From positions 27,540-91,539 of the forward strand of contig JAUYCZ010000015.1 in the NCBI GenBank assembly GCA_030704795.1: a DNA stretch of 64,000 bases, written 5' to 3'. Position numbers and translations under genes: made by a program. Positions 18,237 through 28,052 of the stretch are shown here, one piece after another. The DNA is from a bacterium. GTDB lineage: Bacteria > Patescibacteriota > Minisyncoccia > Minisyncoccales > GWA2-46-15. The stretch's first letter is position 1. Each line of letters starts with the position of its first letter. The notes under the pieces were generated by a model, which was not told where the DNA came from, searched no databases, and saw only the letters and a list, made by a program, of their open reading frames with translations.

Positions 18237-19835
18237 TTAAGGAGATTTTATCACGCCGAAGACTTCTTTGGGAATTTCGTATTGGCCGATCACGTTTCGG
18301 TTTAATTCATTCACTTTAAGAAAAACAATGCCGTAGCTGTCAAAATAGACAACGGCCCAGCTGGGATCTTTTATTCTTTTAACCAAAAACTCCTGACCCC
18401 AAGGCGTGGCGTCGCGATGAGAAAAGAAAATGGCGTTAAAACCGTATTTTTCTTCTCCTCGCCTCCATTCATTTTCGTCTTCCTGAAAAGGGATATACTT
18501 TTTCTGGAAAAAGTCCAGCGAATAAGCTTCGGGCCGGTTGTCGACAAAAACCCGCTCTCGCGGAAAGAGGTAAAAAATGAGATAACCGCCGATATCGTAA
18601 TTGTTGAAGATCGGCCCCTTTAAATCCTGTTCTCGAAAGAAGTCGGCGGCCGAACTATTGCCCGCCAAGACCCCTAGGCCCAGGCGCGGCGGAACCGAAA
18701 TTCTTGAACTGTGATTAAAGATTAAGAGAACAACCATCGTCGATCCCAGAACAATGAGTAAAGAACGAAAAGAAAGAGAAAGAAAATCCAGCCGGACCCT
18801 CTCCGGAAAGAAATTACCCTCTTTGATTACTTTCAAGTTGGCGGCGATTAGCGGCAGGCTAAAGAGTCCGAAAATGGTGAAGTTGCGGATGGCTAAAAAT
18901 CCGGCCAGGCCAAACCCCAGGGCGAAACAAAGATTAACCAAAGAAATCTTCCGAGGAGCTATCTTCAAAACGGCTAAAAAGCTTAAAACCAAAACGAGAA
19001 GAACAATCTTAAAAAGAAGAAAGTTGGGATTAATGATGAACCCCAATTTTTCCAAAAACCAAACCGACTGGTTTTCGAGTAACCGATAGCCGTAATTCTG
19101 AAAAATATTAAAAGGAGCTGAAGCTCCCTCAATCCCAAAAGGATTAATAAGGGTGCTCAATACAACGAGCAGAAAGAGCGAACTTAATTTCAAAAAGTAT
19201 CGGCGCCGAGCGGAAATCAATAAGCTTTCCAAAAGGAAAACACCGACTAAAACTGGCCCGAGAATGAAATAGAGGTGGAGATTAACCCAAAAAACTTCAA
19301 TCAAAGGCAAAAGCAAAAGCCAGCGCCAACTCAAAAAACCCTGGCGCCAGCTCCAGAGAAGGTTGAGAAAAAAACCGGCAAAAACATAGCTAAAAACTTC
19401 CGGCCGTAGCTCAATCCTTTCGGCTATTAAGGGGATAATCAATAAAGACAGGATGACGGCCAAGCCCAAGTTGGTCTCTTTACGAGCCACCCGGAAAAAA
19501 AGCCAAAAGGCCAAAAAGCTCAAACCAATAAAAAAGAGATGGAGGCCGACGAAACCCGCCGAACGGAAAACGAGGAAGAAAATAACTCCGCTCAGCCAGT
19601 GATGATTAATAGTCGGGTAATCGGGCTCCGTGTAGGAATAAAAGTTGGTTTTTAAAACCGGGGAATCCAAAGAAAAATTCTCAACTAAAATCTGGCCGTT
19701 TTTCAAGTGTCGGCCCAGGTCCGCTGCCGCCAAATCAATCCGGTGAATCAAAAACAATCCGTACCAAGAGAGTAAAAGAAGAAAAAGAAAAACCACCAGA
19801 TAACTTTGAGGATTTTTAAGACGATGGATAAACAT
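18237..19835 (-). CDS. Polytopic membrane protein, GT-C-like
   Basis: DLGRHLKNG, HHWL, LRPE, WVNLH, GGYL...VFVDNR; many TM. Confidence 0.7.
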   Translation of the reverse strand: MFIHRLKNPQSYLVVFLFLLLLSWYGLFLIHRIDLAAADLGRHLKNGQILVENFSLDSPVLKTNFYSYTEPDYPTINHHWLSGVIFFLVFRSAGFVGLHLFFIGLSFLAFWLFFRVARKETNLGLAVILSLLIIPLIAERIELRPEVFSYVFAGFFLNLLWSWRQGFLSWRWLLLLPLIEVFWVNLHLYFILGPVLVGVFLLESLLISARRRYFLKLSSLFLLVVLSTLINPFGIEGASAPFNIFQNYGYRLLENQSVWFLEKLGFIINPNFLLFKIVLLVLVLSFLAVLKIAPRKISLVNLCFALGFGLAGFLAIRNFTIFGLFSLPLIAANLKVIKEGNFFPERVRLDFLSLSFRSLLIVLGSTMVVLLIFNHSSRISVPPRLGLGVLAGNSSAADFFREQDLKGPIFNNYDIGGYLIFYLFPRERVFVDNRPEAYSLDFFQKKYIPFQEDENEWRRGEEKYGFNAIFFSHRDATPWGQEFLVKRIKDPSWAVVYFDSYGIVFLKVNELNRNVIGQYEIPKEVFGVIKSP

Positions 19836-19844
19836 TAAAAAATT

Positions 19845-21239
19845 CTACCGGGAACACCGGTAAATAACAAGGTGGTTATCTGATTCTTGAGCGGTACTGG
19901 GAAATTCTTTTAACCGCTGGCAGCTCTCCCGAAAGGCCCGGGGACTGAAAAACCCCTCGTAGCCAAAATCAGTGATTCCCTCTTCCGGGCGATCGGTGAT
20001 GCGGGCCAAAAGAAAAACGCCGTTCTGAACCGCCGCCCGACTGACGATTTCTAAATCCAGAGCGCCCGAAGCAAAAACTTGAGGGTTGGTATCGATATAG
20101 CCGTTCAGAAGCTTCTTCTGGCTGAGCAGGGCTACGAGAGGCGCCACCTCGTGAGAGCCGTAAAGAGGAAAGGTTTCGGGCCGGGTTTTAAGATAATCGG
20201 CAACTTCAATGGCGTTGAGAAAACGGCCGTGGATAAAAAAGCTCTGTTGGTAATACCAGAAAGAAACGCTCAGAAATAAGATATAGAGAATCAGAATAAA
20301 AATCGACCAATCCTGACCGACCAGGGATTTGGCCCAGAGCCAGGCGACAAAAGACAGAGACAGAATGACCAAATAGGGCAAGAGACTGCCAAAGTAAGTA
20401 TAGTAGAGATCGGGAAAGAAAATGAGAAAAACGACGGTCAGGCAAAAGGGCAAAAGAAATTTCTTCTGCCGATTGACTAAGGCGCCGGCCACGGCCAGAC
20501 CGATCAAGAGCCACTCGCGCTTGAACAAAAAGGTAAAGACCTCGAGTTTATTTAAACCGGCCGGCCGGTTGAGATGATGAATCAGCAAATCATCAACGAC
20601 GCGGGGAAATGACAATAAAACTAATGGCCCCATAACCAAAAGCAGACAGCAAACCAGACCGTTAATGAGACGAACGAGGACGCGACGATCTTTTTCCAGA
20701 AAAACAAAAAGGGCAAAGCCGAGAAAAGCCGGCAAGACATATAATTTGGTCAATAAAGACAGTCCCCAGAAAAACCCAGACAAAAAGGGATGGTTCTGCT
20801 CAAAAAACAAAAGAGCCAAAACAAAAAGAAACACCACCAGCTGGACGCCGGTTAAATAATCGGACAGAGCCAAAACCGAAAAAGAAAAAAGATAAACCAA
20901 AGGGGCCAGAAAGGCTAAAGGATTATTCTGTTTTCTTAACAAAAAGAAAAGAATTAAGGCCGTGGCTGATTCCAGAATAATGGGCAGGGCCTGATAGAAA
21001 AGCAGATGGTCGCCAAAGAATAGGCGCAAACCAGCCAAGAACAAAATCAAAAAAGGCGGGTCGGCCAGGAAGAAATCCCGGTAGGGCAGTTCTCCCTGGG
21101 TCATGGCCTTGGCCATGTAGAAATAGGCGTTGCTGTCGCCGAAATGAAAAGTGAGGTTGGCTAACTTAAAACCCAGGAAGCCGATGATCACTAGCAGGAT
21201 GAAACTCCATTCGAGAATCTGTTTTGTTTTCTGATTCAT
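19845..21239 (-). CDS. GT-C (ArnT/PMT-like) membrane glycosyltransferase
   Basis: GD..AY, GELPYRDFF..PP, many TM. Confidence 0.72.
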   Translation of the reverse strand: MNQKTKQILEWSFILLVIIGFLGFKLANLTFHFGDSNAYFYMAKAMTQGELPYRDFFLADPPFLILFLAGLRLFFGDHLLFYQALPIILESATALILFFLLRKQNNPLAFLAPLVYLFSFSVLALSDYLTGVQLVVFLFVLALLFFEQNHPFLSGFFWGLSLLTKLYVLPAFLGFALFVFLEKDRRVLVRLINGLVCCLLLVMGPLVLLSFPRVVDDLLIHHLNRPAGLNKLEVFTFLFKREWLLIGLAVAGALVNRQKKFLLPFCLTVVFLIFFPDLYYTYFGSLLPYLVILSLSFVAWLWAKSLVGQDWSIFILILYILFLSVSFWYYQQSFFIHGRFLNAIEVADYLKTRPETFPLYGSHEVAPLVALLSQKKLLNGYIDTNPQVFASGALDLEIVSRAAVQNGVFLLARITDRPEEGITDFGYEGFFSPRAFRESCQRLKEFPSTAQESDNHLVIYRCSR

Positions 21240-21940
21240 GGCCTAAATCTACATTTCAAAATCGTCCACAGACCGATCAGCCCGTCTCGGGCGCGAATCT
21301 TTTTGCCCTCGGAAAATCTTCTCGGGTGATAACTGATGGGAACCTCCTTAATCGAATAACCGGCTCGGATCGTCTGGGCCGTCACTTCCTCACAGAATTC
21401 AAACCTTTGAGTCTTGAGCTTTAAATTTTTAAGCAGATCGGCGCGGAAAAGCTTGTAGCCGGTATTGACGTCGGTCAGATTCGTGCCAAAAAGGAAATTA
21501 AAGAAGCGCGTCAGGAACCGACCACCCCAGAAATAAAAGAAATAACCTCGGCCGGACAGGCCCAGATTGCGTGAACCGTAAACCACCGGCGAACCTGCCT
21601 TGAAAGCTTTTAAAAGATTTTCGTAATCCATCGGATCATACTCTAAATCCGCGTCCTGAATGATGATGGCGTCGCCGGTTGAAGCCTTAATCCCGCTCCT
21701 GATCGCGGCGCCTTTGCCCTGATTTTTCTCATGTCGAATCGTCTTTAAATTTTGCTTGTCCGCCGTAGTCTTGGCGAAGGCGGAGATTTTCGATTCGGAA
21801 GAATCGGTTGATCCGTCATCAACGACGATGATCTCTTTTTCGTAATCTAAAACCAGGGCTGAGATCACTCGCCTCAAGATCTCCTCGATTGTCCCCTCTT
21901 CATTGAAAACCGGAATAATAATGGAAAGTTTTCTTAACAT
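21236..21940 (-). CDS. GT2 glycosyltransferase (paralog of 17503-18195)
   Basis: Start MLRKLS (21940); VDDGSTD, QDADLEYDP; in-frame palindrome insertion. Confidence 0.9.
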   Translation of the reverse strand: MLRKLSIIIPVFNEEGTIEEILRRVISALVLDYEKEIIVVDDGSTDSSESKISAFAKTTADKQNLKTIRHEKNQGKGAAIRSGIKASTGDAIIIQDADLEYDPMDYENLLKAFKAGSPVVYGSRNLGLSGRGYFFYFWGGRFLTRFFNFLFGTNLTDVNTGYKLFRADLLKNLKLKTQRFEFCEEVTAQTIRAGYSIKEVPISYHPRRFSEGKKIRARDGLIGLWTILKCRFRP

Positions 21941-21991
21941 CGAAAGGTTTTTGTTAAATGGCAAAAAGTAAAGTTTAACTCAGATAATGAC

Positions 21992-22073
21992 AGAAATTCC
22001 CCCGTGTTGGAAAATAGGAGCGAAGCGACGTAAGAAACCAGAAGGTTTCTTAAGCGGGGGTCGGGGGAATTTC
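21992..22073. repeat. Inverted-repeat-bounded mini element
   Basis: AGAAATTCCCCCG ... CGGGGGAATTTCT 13-bp IRs; internal GAGCGAAGCGAC and TAAGAAACC/GGTTTCTTA hairpin. Confidence 0.65.
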
Positions 22074-22078
22074 TCTGA

Positions 22079-22114
22079 ATTGAAAACCGGAATAATGATT
22101 GAGAGTTTCTTCAT
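22079..22114 (-). pseudogene. GT2 N-terminal remnant (MKKLSIIIPVFN)
   Basis: Twelve codons identical in peptide to the start of 17503-18195, then interrupted by the IR element. Confidence 0.7.
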
Positions 22115-23748
22115 CTCTTTTCGCTCAATTCTTTTGTATAGAGAATGAACGATTCAATGTTTTTGTCTCCGGGAAATTGTTTCTTCAGACCGTCCAAAAC
22201 TTCCAAAGCCGATCCGTAGTCTTTTTTTTCCAAGTAAAGGCCAATCAGAGCGTTGTAGGAAAAGAAGAATTTGGGGTTGAGGCTGATGGCTTTTTTAAAG
22301 CCCCCAATGGCCAAGTCAATCCGACTCGTATCCCGATAAACATTGGCTAAATTGTGCCAGGCCACCGGGTTTTCCGGATCGAGTTGGATGGCGGATCGAT
22401 AAGTTTTTTCGGCCTGAACAGAATCTCCGTGATCGGCGTAGGCCATGCCCAAGTTATTGATGACGCGATAGCTCCAGGGAGTGTACTTTAATGTCTGATT
22501 GTAAAAGGTGATCGGGTCGCGCCACTCCCGATTCCGGATAAAAGTCTGCCGCGCTAGAAAAGCCAGGAAAATGGCTAAGAGAATCAAAAGGAAATTCCGA
22601 GAAAACGGGTATTTTTTAGAAACCCAAAGGCCCAGCCAAATTAAAATTAAAAAAATTCCCACCAAAGGGAAATAAAGCCAGTGCTCATAAAGAAGGCCCG
22701 AAACCGGGATGAGAAGATTAGAAGTCGGGGCTAAACCAATAAAAAACCAGATCAGGCCAAAACCCAGAACCGCCCGACGCTGAAAAGGCAAAGAGAAGAA
22801 AGCCAAAGCCAACAGACCGAAGAAAAGAAAACCGCCCAGGATGACGTCCGGAGAAAACGGGGAATTCGCTAGAACCACGCTGCGCTCCATGTGCAGGCTC
22901 TGCGGCCAGAAGAGCAAGCCGAAATAGATCACCAAGACCCGGAAAAAGGTAAAAAGCCGCACCAGGAAATTGGCGGTAAAAACATTGGTTTCATTGTAAA
23001 GATTAAAGGTGTTGACGAAATTCAATGTCGTCGCCCTGAGAAGAAAATAGATCAGGGCCAGAGCTAAAAAGGGCCAAAACTTCCTGACGCTAACTTTTAA
23101 TCTCTCTCCGATCCCCTCTGCTGGTTTTTGAGAAAAAAATCCCAGCAAAAAAATCAAAACCGGCATAACAATGGCTGTTTCTTTTGAAAGAAGGGCCAGG
23201 GTCGACATTAGAAAAGAAAGCCAAAACCATTTGCTTTCCAAAAACGGCGCGCCGGACTGATCGAATTTCAGATAGAAAATGAGCCCCAACAGAATGAAAA
23301 AGACCGACAAAGGATCGGCCAGTCCCGAGACGTAGGTCACGGCTTCGGTCTGCAAAGGATGAATGAGAAAAACCAAAGCCGTCAGGAAGGCCAGCTGGCG
23401 ATTCTGGAAAAGACGGAAGAGCAGGAAAAACAATAAGAGGGCGTTGCCGGTATGAAAAAGGGTATTGATAAAATGATAGCCAGGAGGCCAGTTGCCCCAG
23501 AGCTTCCACTCCACCGAAAAAACGGTCAGAAGAAGAGGCCGCCAGTAATTGCTCATCAGACCGGCGCCGGCAATCAAGTTTTCGGAAAAATAACGGGGGA
23601 AATATTGCCAGTCTTTGATGTACTGATTCTTGAGGATATTGTCGTCGTCATCCCAGAACATCTGGTTGCCGAAAGAATTGGCGTAAAGACTAAAGCCAAT
23701 GAGGATTAGAAAGAAAACGGCCAGCCGATTTGGAGAAAGCTTTAACAT
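22111..23748 (-). CDS. TMTC-like GT-C protein O-glycosyltransferase with C-terminal TPRs
   Basis: FWDDDDNI, YWRPL, HPLQTEAV, SKETA, EHWLYFP, TPR repeats. Confidence 0.82.
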   Translation of the reverse strand: MLKLSPNRLAVFFLILIGFSLYANSFGNQMFWDDDDNILKNQYIKDWQYFPRYFSENLIAGAGLMSNYWRPLLLTVFSVEWKLWGNWPPGYHFINTLFHTGNALLLFFLLFRLFQNRQLAFLTALVFLIHPLQTEAVTYVSGLADPLSVFFILLGLIFYLKFDQSGAPFLESKWFWLSFLMSTLALLSKETAIVMPVLIFLLGFFSQKPAEGIGERLKVSVRKFWPFLALALIYFLLRATTLNFVNTFNLYNETNVFTANFLVRLFTFFRVLVIYFGLLFWPQSLHMERSVVLANSPFSPDVILGGFLFFGLLALAFFSLPFQRRAVLGFGLIWFFIGLAPTSNLLIPVSGLLYEHWLYFPLVGIFLILIWLGLWVSKKYPFSRNFLLILLAIFLAFLARQTFIRNREWRDPITFYNQTLKYTPWSYRVINNLGMAYADHGDSVQAEKTYRSAIQLDPENPVAWHNLANVYRDTSRIDLAIGGFKKAISLNPKFFFSYNALIGLYLEKKDYGSALEVLDGLKKQFPGDKNIESFILYTKELSEKR

Positions 23749-23759
23749 TTTTTCATTAA

Positions 23760-24083
23760 TTAAGAAACTTTGGCTCCCGGAGAAACCGCCTGGTCCGGAA
23801 CGAGCAGAACGACCTTGTCTGCTTGGCTCACCGCCAAAAGCATGCCCTGGCTCTCTAGACCCAGGATCATTCTCGGCTCGAGATTGGCAACAATAACAAT
23901 CTCTTTGTCAACCAGATCTTCTGGCTTGTACGACTTAGCAATGCCCGAAACAATCTGTTGTATTCCCAATTCTCCCAAGTCAAGGTCTAATCGCAAGAGT
24001 TTTGCCGATCCCAAAACCGGCTCGGCCTTAATAACTTTGACCACCCTTAAATCTAATTTTTGAAAATCCTCTAGATTAATCAT
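23760..24083 (-). CDS. tRNA-binding OB-fold protein (MetG C-terminal/Trbp111/CsaA-like)
   Basis: DFQKLDLRV, QIVSGI, ANLEPR..LG.ESQGMLL. Confidence 0.88.
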   Translation of the reverse strand: MINLEDFQKLDLRVVKVIKAEPVLGSAKLLRLDLDLGELGIQQIVSGIAKSYKPEDLVDKEIVIVANLEPRMILGLESQGMLLAVSQADKVVLLVPDQAVSPGAKVS

Positions 24084-25089
24084 AACTTGCCAGCTGGCCG
24101 CAGGCGGCTTTAATGCCCCGGCCGAAACGATATCTTTCCGTTACCTCGATTCCCTGCTCTTCCAAAACTTGCCGGAATTTCTTAATTTGCTCTTTTTCCG
24201 ACGGCTCAAAAACACCGGTCGGATTGTATAAAATGAGATTAACCATAAAAAGAGATTTTTTAAAGCGGCGGAGCAAATTAATGAGCTCTCCAGCCAAATC
24301 CGGGGAATCATTAACCCCTTTTATCATTATATATTGAAACATCACTTTTCGTTTGGTCTCTTTTAAATAATTGTCAACCGCATCTAAAAATGCTTTTAAG
24401 GAGTGGGCCTTGTTAGCGGGGACAATTCTTGTTCTCAATTCGTCATTGGGAGCGTGCAAAGAAATCGCCAGATTAATCTGCAATGGTTCTTTGGTCAATT
24501 TATTGATGCCGCCCTCAACTCCGACCGTGGAAATAGAAATGTGTCGGGCGCCAATGTTCAAGCCGTCTTTGCTATTTAAAATCCTGATCGCCGCCATAAC
24601 CTTGTCGTAATTTAAAAATGGCTCGCCCATGCCCATAAAGACGATATTGGTTACTCGCTCGCTAAGTTTTTTGAGATAACGGGCAAAAAATAAAACCTGC
24701 TCAATAATTTCAAAAGATTCAAGGTTTCTTTTAAAACCCATTTTCCCGGTGGCGCAAAAAGAACAGTTCAGGGGACAGCCGACCTCCGAAGAAACGCAAA
24801 TCGTGTTGCGACCGCTCGGATAACGCATTAAAACCGTCTCCACTCTCAAGCCGTCTTTGAGCCAGAGTAAAGCTTTAACCGTCTTTTCGTCATTAGAAAC
24901 CGAAGTTTCCGCCTCAATTTTCAAAGGAACAACTTCTGAAAGCTTTTCTCTCAGAGCCAAAGGCAAAACCGTCGCCTCCTGCCAATTCTCGATTAAATCG
25001 AAAAACACCGCCTTTTTCGCCTGCTTTAATCTAAAATTCGGTTCCTCTTTTAAAACTTTTTCCAGATTGCCCAAATCCATAGCATTCAA
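24076..25089 (-). CDS. rlmN: 23S rRNA/tRNA m2A methyltransferase (radical SAM)
   Basis: CPLNCSFC, FMGMGEP, ISLHA, AACGQL. Confidence 0.92.
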   Translation of the reverse strand: MNAMDLGNLEKVLKEEPNFRLKQAKKAVFFDLIENWQEATVLPLALREKLSEVVPLKIEAETSVSNDEKTVKALLWLKDGLRVETVLMRYPSGRNTICVSSEVGCPLNCSFCATGKMGFKRNLESFEIIEQVLFFARYLKKLSERVTNIVFMGMGEPFLNYDKVMAAIRILNSKDGLNIGARHISISTVGVEGGINKLTKEPLQINLAISLHAPNDELRTRIVPANKAHSLKAFLDAVDNYLKETKRKVMFQYIMIKGVNDSPDLAGELINLLRRFKKSLFMVNLILYNPTGVFEPSEKEQIKKFRQVLEEQGIEVTERYRFGRGIKAACGQLASYD

Positions 25090-25090
25090 A

Positions 25091-25117
25091 AATGTTTAAG
25101 CTCCGAGCTTAAACATT
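25091..25117. repeat. Perfect palindrome (REP-like)
   Basis: AATGTTTAAGCTC-C-GAGCTTAAACATT. Confidence 0.7.
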
Positions 25118-25139
25118 AAAAAACCCGACCTCCGTAAGT

Positions 25140-25400
25140 TTAAACTTGGATAATATAGAGGCCCTTCTTCTCAATTTCTTTCTTTTGGCCAAAATCGTCG
25201 AGTTTGAAATTAAGAACATATTTTACTTTCTTTGAGATTTTCCGGCCGGTGTATTTTTTCTTTTTCGGATCATACTCTTCCAAAAGTAAAGTATCGCCCT
25301 CTTTAACTCTAAAGTCGGCGACCCTAACATCAAATTTCTTTTTGCCCGACTTCATCAGAGCAAAAATCTTAGGCCAGCTCTTTTTTTTGATGATTGCCAT
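25140..25400 (-). CDS. DUF3850/ASCH-like small protein
   Basis: KSWP..F....SGKKKFDVR.ADF....GD.L.LEEY. Confidence 0.75.
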   Translation of the reverse strand: MAIIKKKSWPKIFALMKSGKKKFDVRVADFRVKEGDTLLLEEYDPKKKKYTGRKISKKVKYVLNFKLDDFGQKKEIEKKGLYIIQV

Positions 25401-25431
25401 ATTTTAAGTTGTATTATTGTTTTGAAGTAGA

Positions 25432-26244
25432 CTACGCCGCTAGCCAGCCGCCGTCCACGTAAAAAGTGGCGCCGGTGACATAACTCGCTTCCTCCGAAGC
25501 CAGAAACACGACCATGGCCGCGATTTCTTCGGGCCGGCCCATCCTTTTTAAAGGAACGCCGGCCAAGAAAGCTGACATGACTTCTTTGGACATATTGGCT
25601 TCGGCAATCATGGGCGTATCGATCGCGCCCGGCCCAATGACGTTGACGTTAATCCCGAGGGGCGCCCATTCCTGGGCCAGGGTCTCGGTCAAGCCGATAA
25701 TGCCGCCCTTGGAAGCGGTGTAGTGGGCCGCCGCCATTATTCCAACGCCGACGCCGCCAGAAGCAATCGAGGCGATATTGATGATCCGACCCCATTTATT
25801 CTTAGCCATTTCCTTGGCCGCTCGCTGGGCGCAAAAAAACTCGCCCTTGAGGTTGATGTCCAGAGTCTGATCCCAGTCAGCTTCGGTCATCTCTAAAGCC
25901 ATTTTCGGTTTGAAAATGCCGGCGTTGTTGACGAGAATGTCCAGCCTTCCCCATTTTTCGACCACCCCGTCGAAAACCCGATCGATTTCCGCCTTGTTAG
26001 TCACGTCCAGTTTCCAGGCCGCCGCTTCCCCACCTTTGGATTTAATTTCTTCAACCACTTTTTGACACTCTTCTAAACTAATATCGGTCACCGCTACTTT
26101 GGCGCCCTGCTGAGCCAGAGCCAGGGCGTCAACTTTGCCCATTCCCCTCCTGGCGCCGGTCACCAAAGCGACTTTGTTTTTGAGTTCAAACATATTTTCT
26201 AAACTTTTTTGCGTTATTAATTCGGCTTTGCTCCCCGCCTTCAT
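25432..26244 (-). CDS. Short-chain dehydrogenase/reductase (FabG-like)
   Basis: TGARRGMG, NNAG, YTASK; start may be 26193. Confidence 0.9.
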   Translation of the reverse strand: MKAGSKAELITQKSLENMFELKNKVALVTGARRGMGKVDALALAQQGAKVAVTDISLEECQKVVEEIKSKGGEAAAWKLDVTNKAEIDRVFDGVVEKWGRLDILVNNAGIFKPKMALEMTEADWDQTLDINLKGEFFCAQRAAKEMAKNKWGRIINIASIASGGVGVGIMAAAHYTASKGGIIGLTETLAQEWAPLGINVNVIGPGAIDTPMIAEANMSKEVMSAFLAGVPLKRMGRPEEIAAMVVFLASEEASYVTGATFYVDGGWLAA

Positions 26245-26307
26245 TCTAGCAAAAAGCCGCCCGCCTTCACAGAGTTTCGGCGGGCAAGCCTCCTTGGCGA
26301 TTTTTGG

Positions 26308-26862
26308 TTACACCTTTTTATACAAAAAGATATGGTCAACGAACTTGCCCCGGTGCTTTATCCCCTGGGGCAACCGGCCATATTCCTTAAAACCAAACCT
26401 TTTCCGGTAGAGCCTAAGAGCAATCGGATTATTGGCGAAAATTCCCAAGGTGACGATTTTCAGCTTCTTGATCTTTTTGGCTTCTTTAAAGACCAGTTTC
26501 ATCAAGAGCTTACCAATGCCTTCATTCCTAAGACTCTTGGCCACCGTAATGCCGAAAACACCGACGTGTCCGGAAATCTTGTCTTCCAGATTAATATCAG
26601 AAACGGCGACCAGTTTATTTTGGCAGAAAACCATTAACTTGACCGCCTCGTTCTTTTTAATCTTTTTGAAATAGGAGGCGAGATATTTTTTCTCATCGGC
26701 CAAGGAAACTTGCTCTCCCTGGAATCTAATGAAAGTTTTCTCTTTCGAAAGAGTGTTAATGTAATTTCGCAAAGCCGAAACATCCGACCCGAGCGGGTAG
26801 CGAATGACAATCTCTCTCCCCTTTTTGGTTTGACCTCTAAAAACAATCTTGCCTGGTTTCAT
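26308..26862 (-). CDS. GNAT N-acetyltransferase
   Basis: RNEGIGK, N..A..LY..FGF. Confidence 0.85.
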   Translation of the reverse strand: MKPGKIVFRGQTKKGREIVIRYPLGSDVSALRNYINTLSKEKTFIRFQGEQVSLADEKKYLASYFKKIKKNEAVKLMVFCQNKLVAVSDINLEDKISGHVGVFGITVAKSLRNEGIGKLLMKLVFKEAKKIKKLKIVTLGIFANNPIALRLYRKRFGFKEYGRLPQGIKHRGKFVDHIFLYKKV

Positions 26863-26879
26863 GGTGATACGGTATATAT

Positions 26880-28046
26880 TTATTGTTCCTCTACGGTCAC
26901 GCTTTCCATGACCACCGGTGATAAAGGTTTGTCGCTTGGATCGACCGGAACCTGGCCAATGGCATCAACTACGGCTTGCCCTGAAATCACTTTACCGAAA
27001 ATCGTATAGTTATGTGGCAAAGGATAGTCTTCGAGCATAATAAAAAACTGGCTGCCGTTGGTGTTGGGGCCGGCATTGGCCATGGCAAGTACGCCTTTCT
27101 TATAGCCGGCTTTGTAGGATTCGGTATTGGGATTTAACTCGTCTTCAAACTGATAGCCCGGCCCACCCGTGCCATCGCCCCTGGGATCACCGCCCTGAAT
27201 CATGAATCCCTTTATGATCCGGTGAAAAGTTAAACCATCGTAAAAACCTTTTTTAACTAAGGCGATAAAATTCTCAACAGTTTTAGGCGCGTCCTGATCA
27301 TTGGTCTCAATCTTGATTTCGCCCAGATTCGTCTTAATGTTTACGGTAGGCATGTTTTTTTCTCCCGTTAAAAACTTAAGGCTGGAAATAATTTGCTGGC
27401 CGATTTTATTATTTTCGACCGGATTAGATAGATTAGGATTTTCCTCGCCAACGGGAAGATTGAAATAATAAAGCTTGTCGCCTTTAGCCAAATAAATCCA
27501 CTCATCATTACGGTCATCGGCCATGACTCCGTATAACTCGTAGGCGGGCCGCCCGGCGATGGTTAATTCCCTGGCCTCTTTATACCGAATAATACCTGGA
27601 CCGTCGGGTTCGTTTGCTTTCTGATTCTCGCTTAAAATCTCTTCGACCCATTGTTTGGAACTTAATTTCTTAGGATTGTCAAAAACTCGAAGGCTCAGCC
27701 AGTAAGGCTCAAGGGTATTAACGGTATGGACCAACCAATAAAGGCCGGGGTCTTCCTGATCGGTGTTATAATCCCATTCTAACGGATATTTTATCTCGTA
27801 ACCGTAAACCTCGCTGCGGAAAACCTTCCAGTCGGCTGTCTCGTTTGGGCTGGCTTCGGAGGACGACTCTGCCGGCGTCGCACTGGGTGTTGGGCTAATT
27901 ACGGGATTAAAACTTCGGTTCTGCCAAAACCAATACCCGATGGCTAAAACAACCAAAACGATAATAAGAACCTGCCTTAATGGCAGAACCTTGTTTCTCG
28001 CTTTGCTCGAAATGAAAAAAATGATCTTTCGCGGTTCAAGTTTCAT
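26880..28046 (-). CDS. Membrane-anchored PsbP-like domain fused to cyclophilin PPIase
   Basis: WKVF....GYEIKYP..W; APKTVENF, FHRII.GFMIQGGDP, MANAGPNTNGSQFF. Confidence 0.85.
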   Translation of the reverse strand: MKLEPRKIIFFISSKARNKVLPLRQVLIIVLVVLAIGYWFWQNRSFNPVISPTPSATPAESSSEASPNETADWKVFRSEVYGYEIKYPLEWDYNTDQEDPGLYWLVHTVNTLEPYWLSLRVFDNPKKLSSKQWVEEILSENQKANEPDGPGIIRYKEARELTIAGRPAYELYGVMADDRNDEWIYLAKGDKLYYFNLPVGEENPNLSNPVENNKIGQQIISSLKFLTGEKNMPTVNIKTNLGEIKIETNDQDAPKTVENFIALVKKGFYDGLTFHRIIKGFMIQGGDPRGDGTGGPGYQFEDELNPNTESYKAGYKKGVLAMANAGPNTNGSQFFIMLEDYPLPHNYTIFGKVISGQAVVDAIGQVPVDPSDKPLSPVVMESVTVEEQ

Positions 28047-28052
28047 TTTTTA

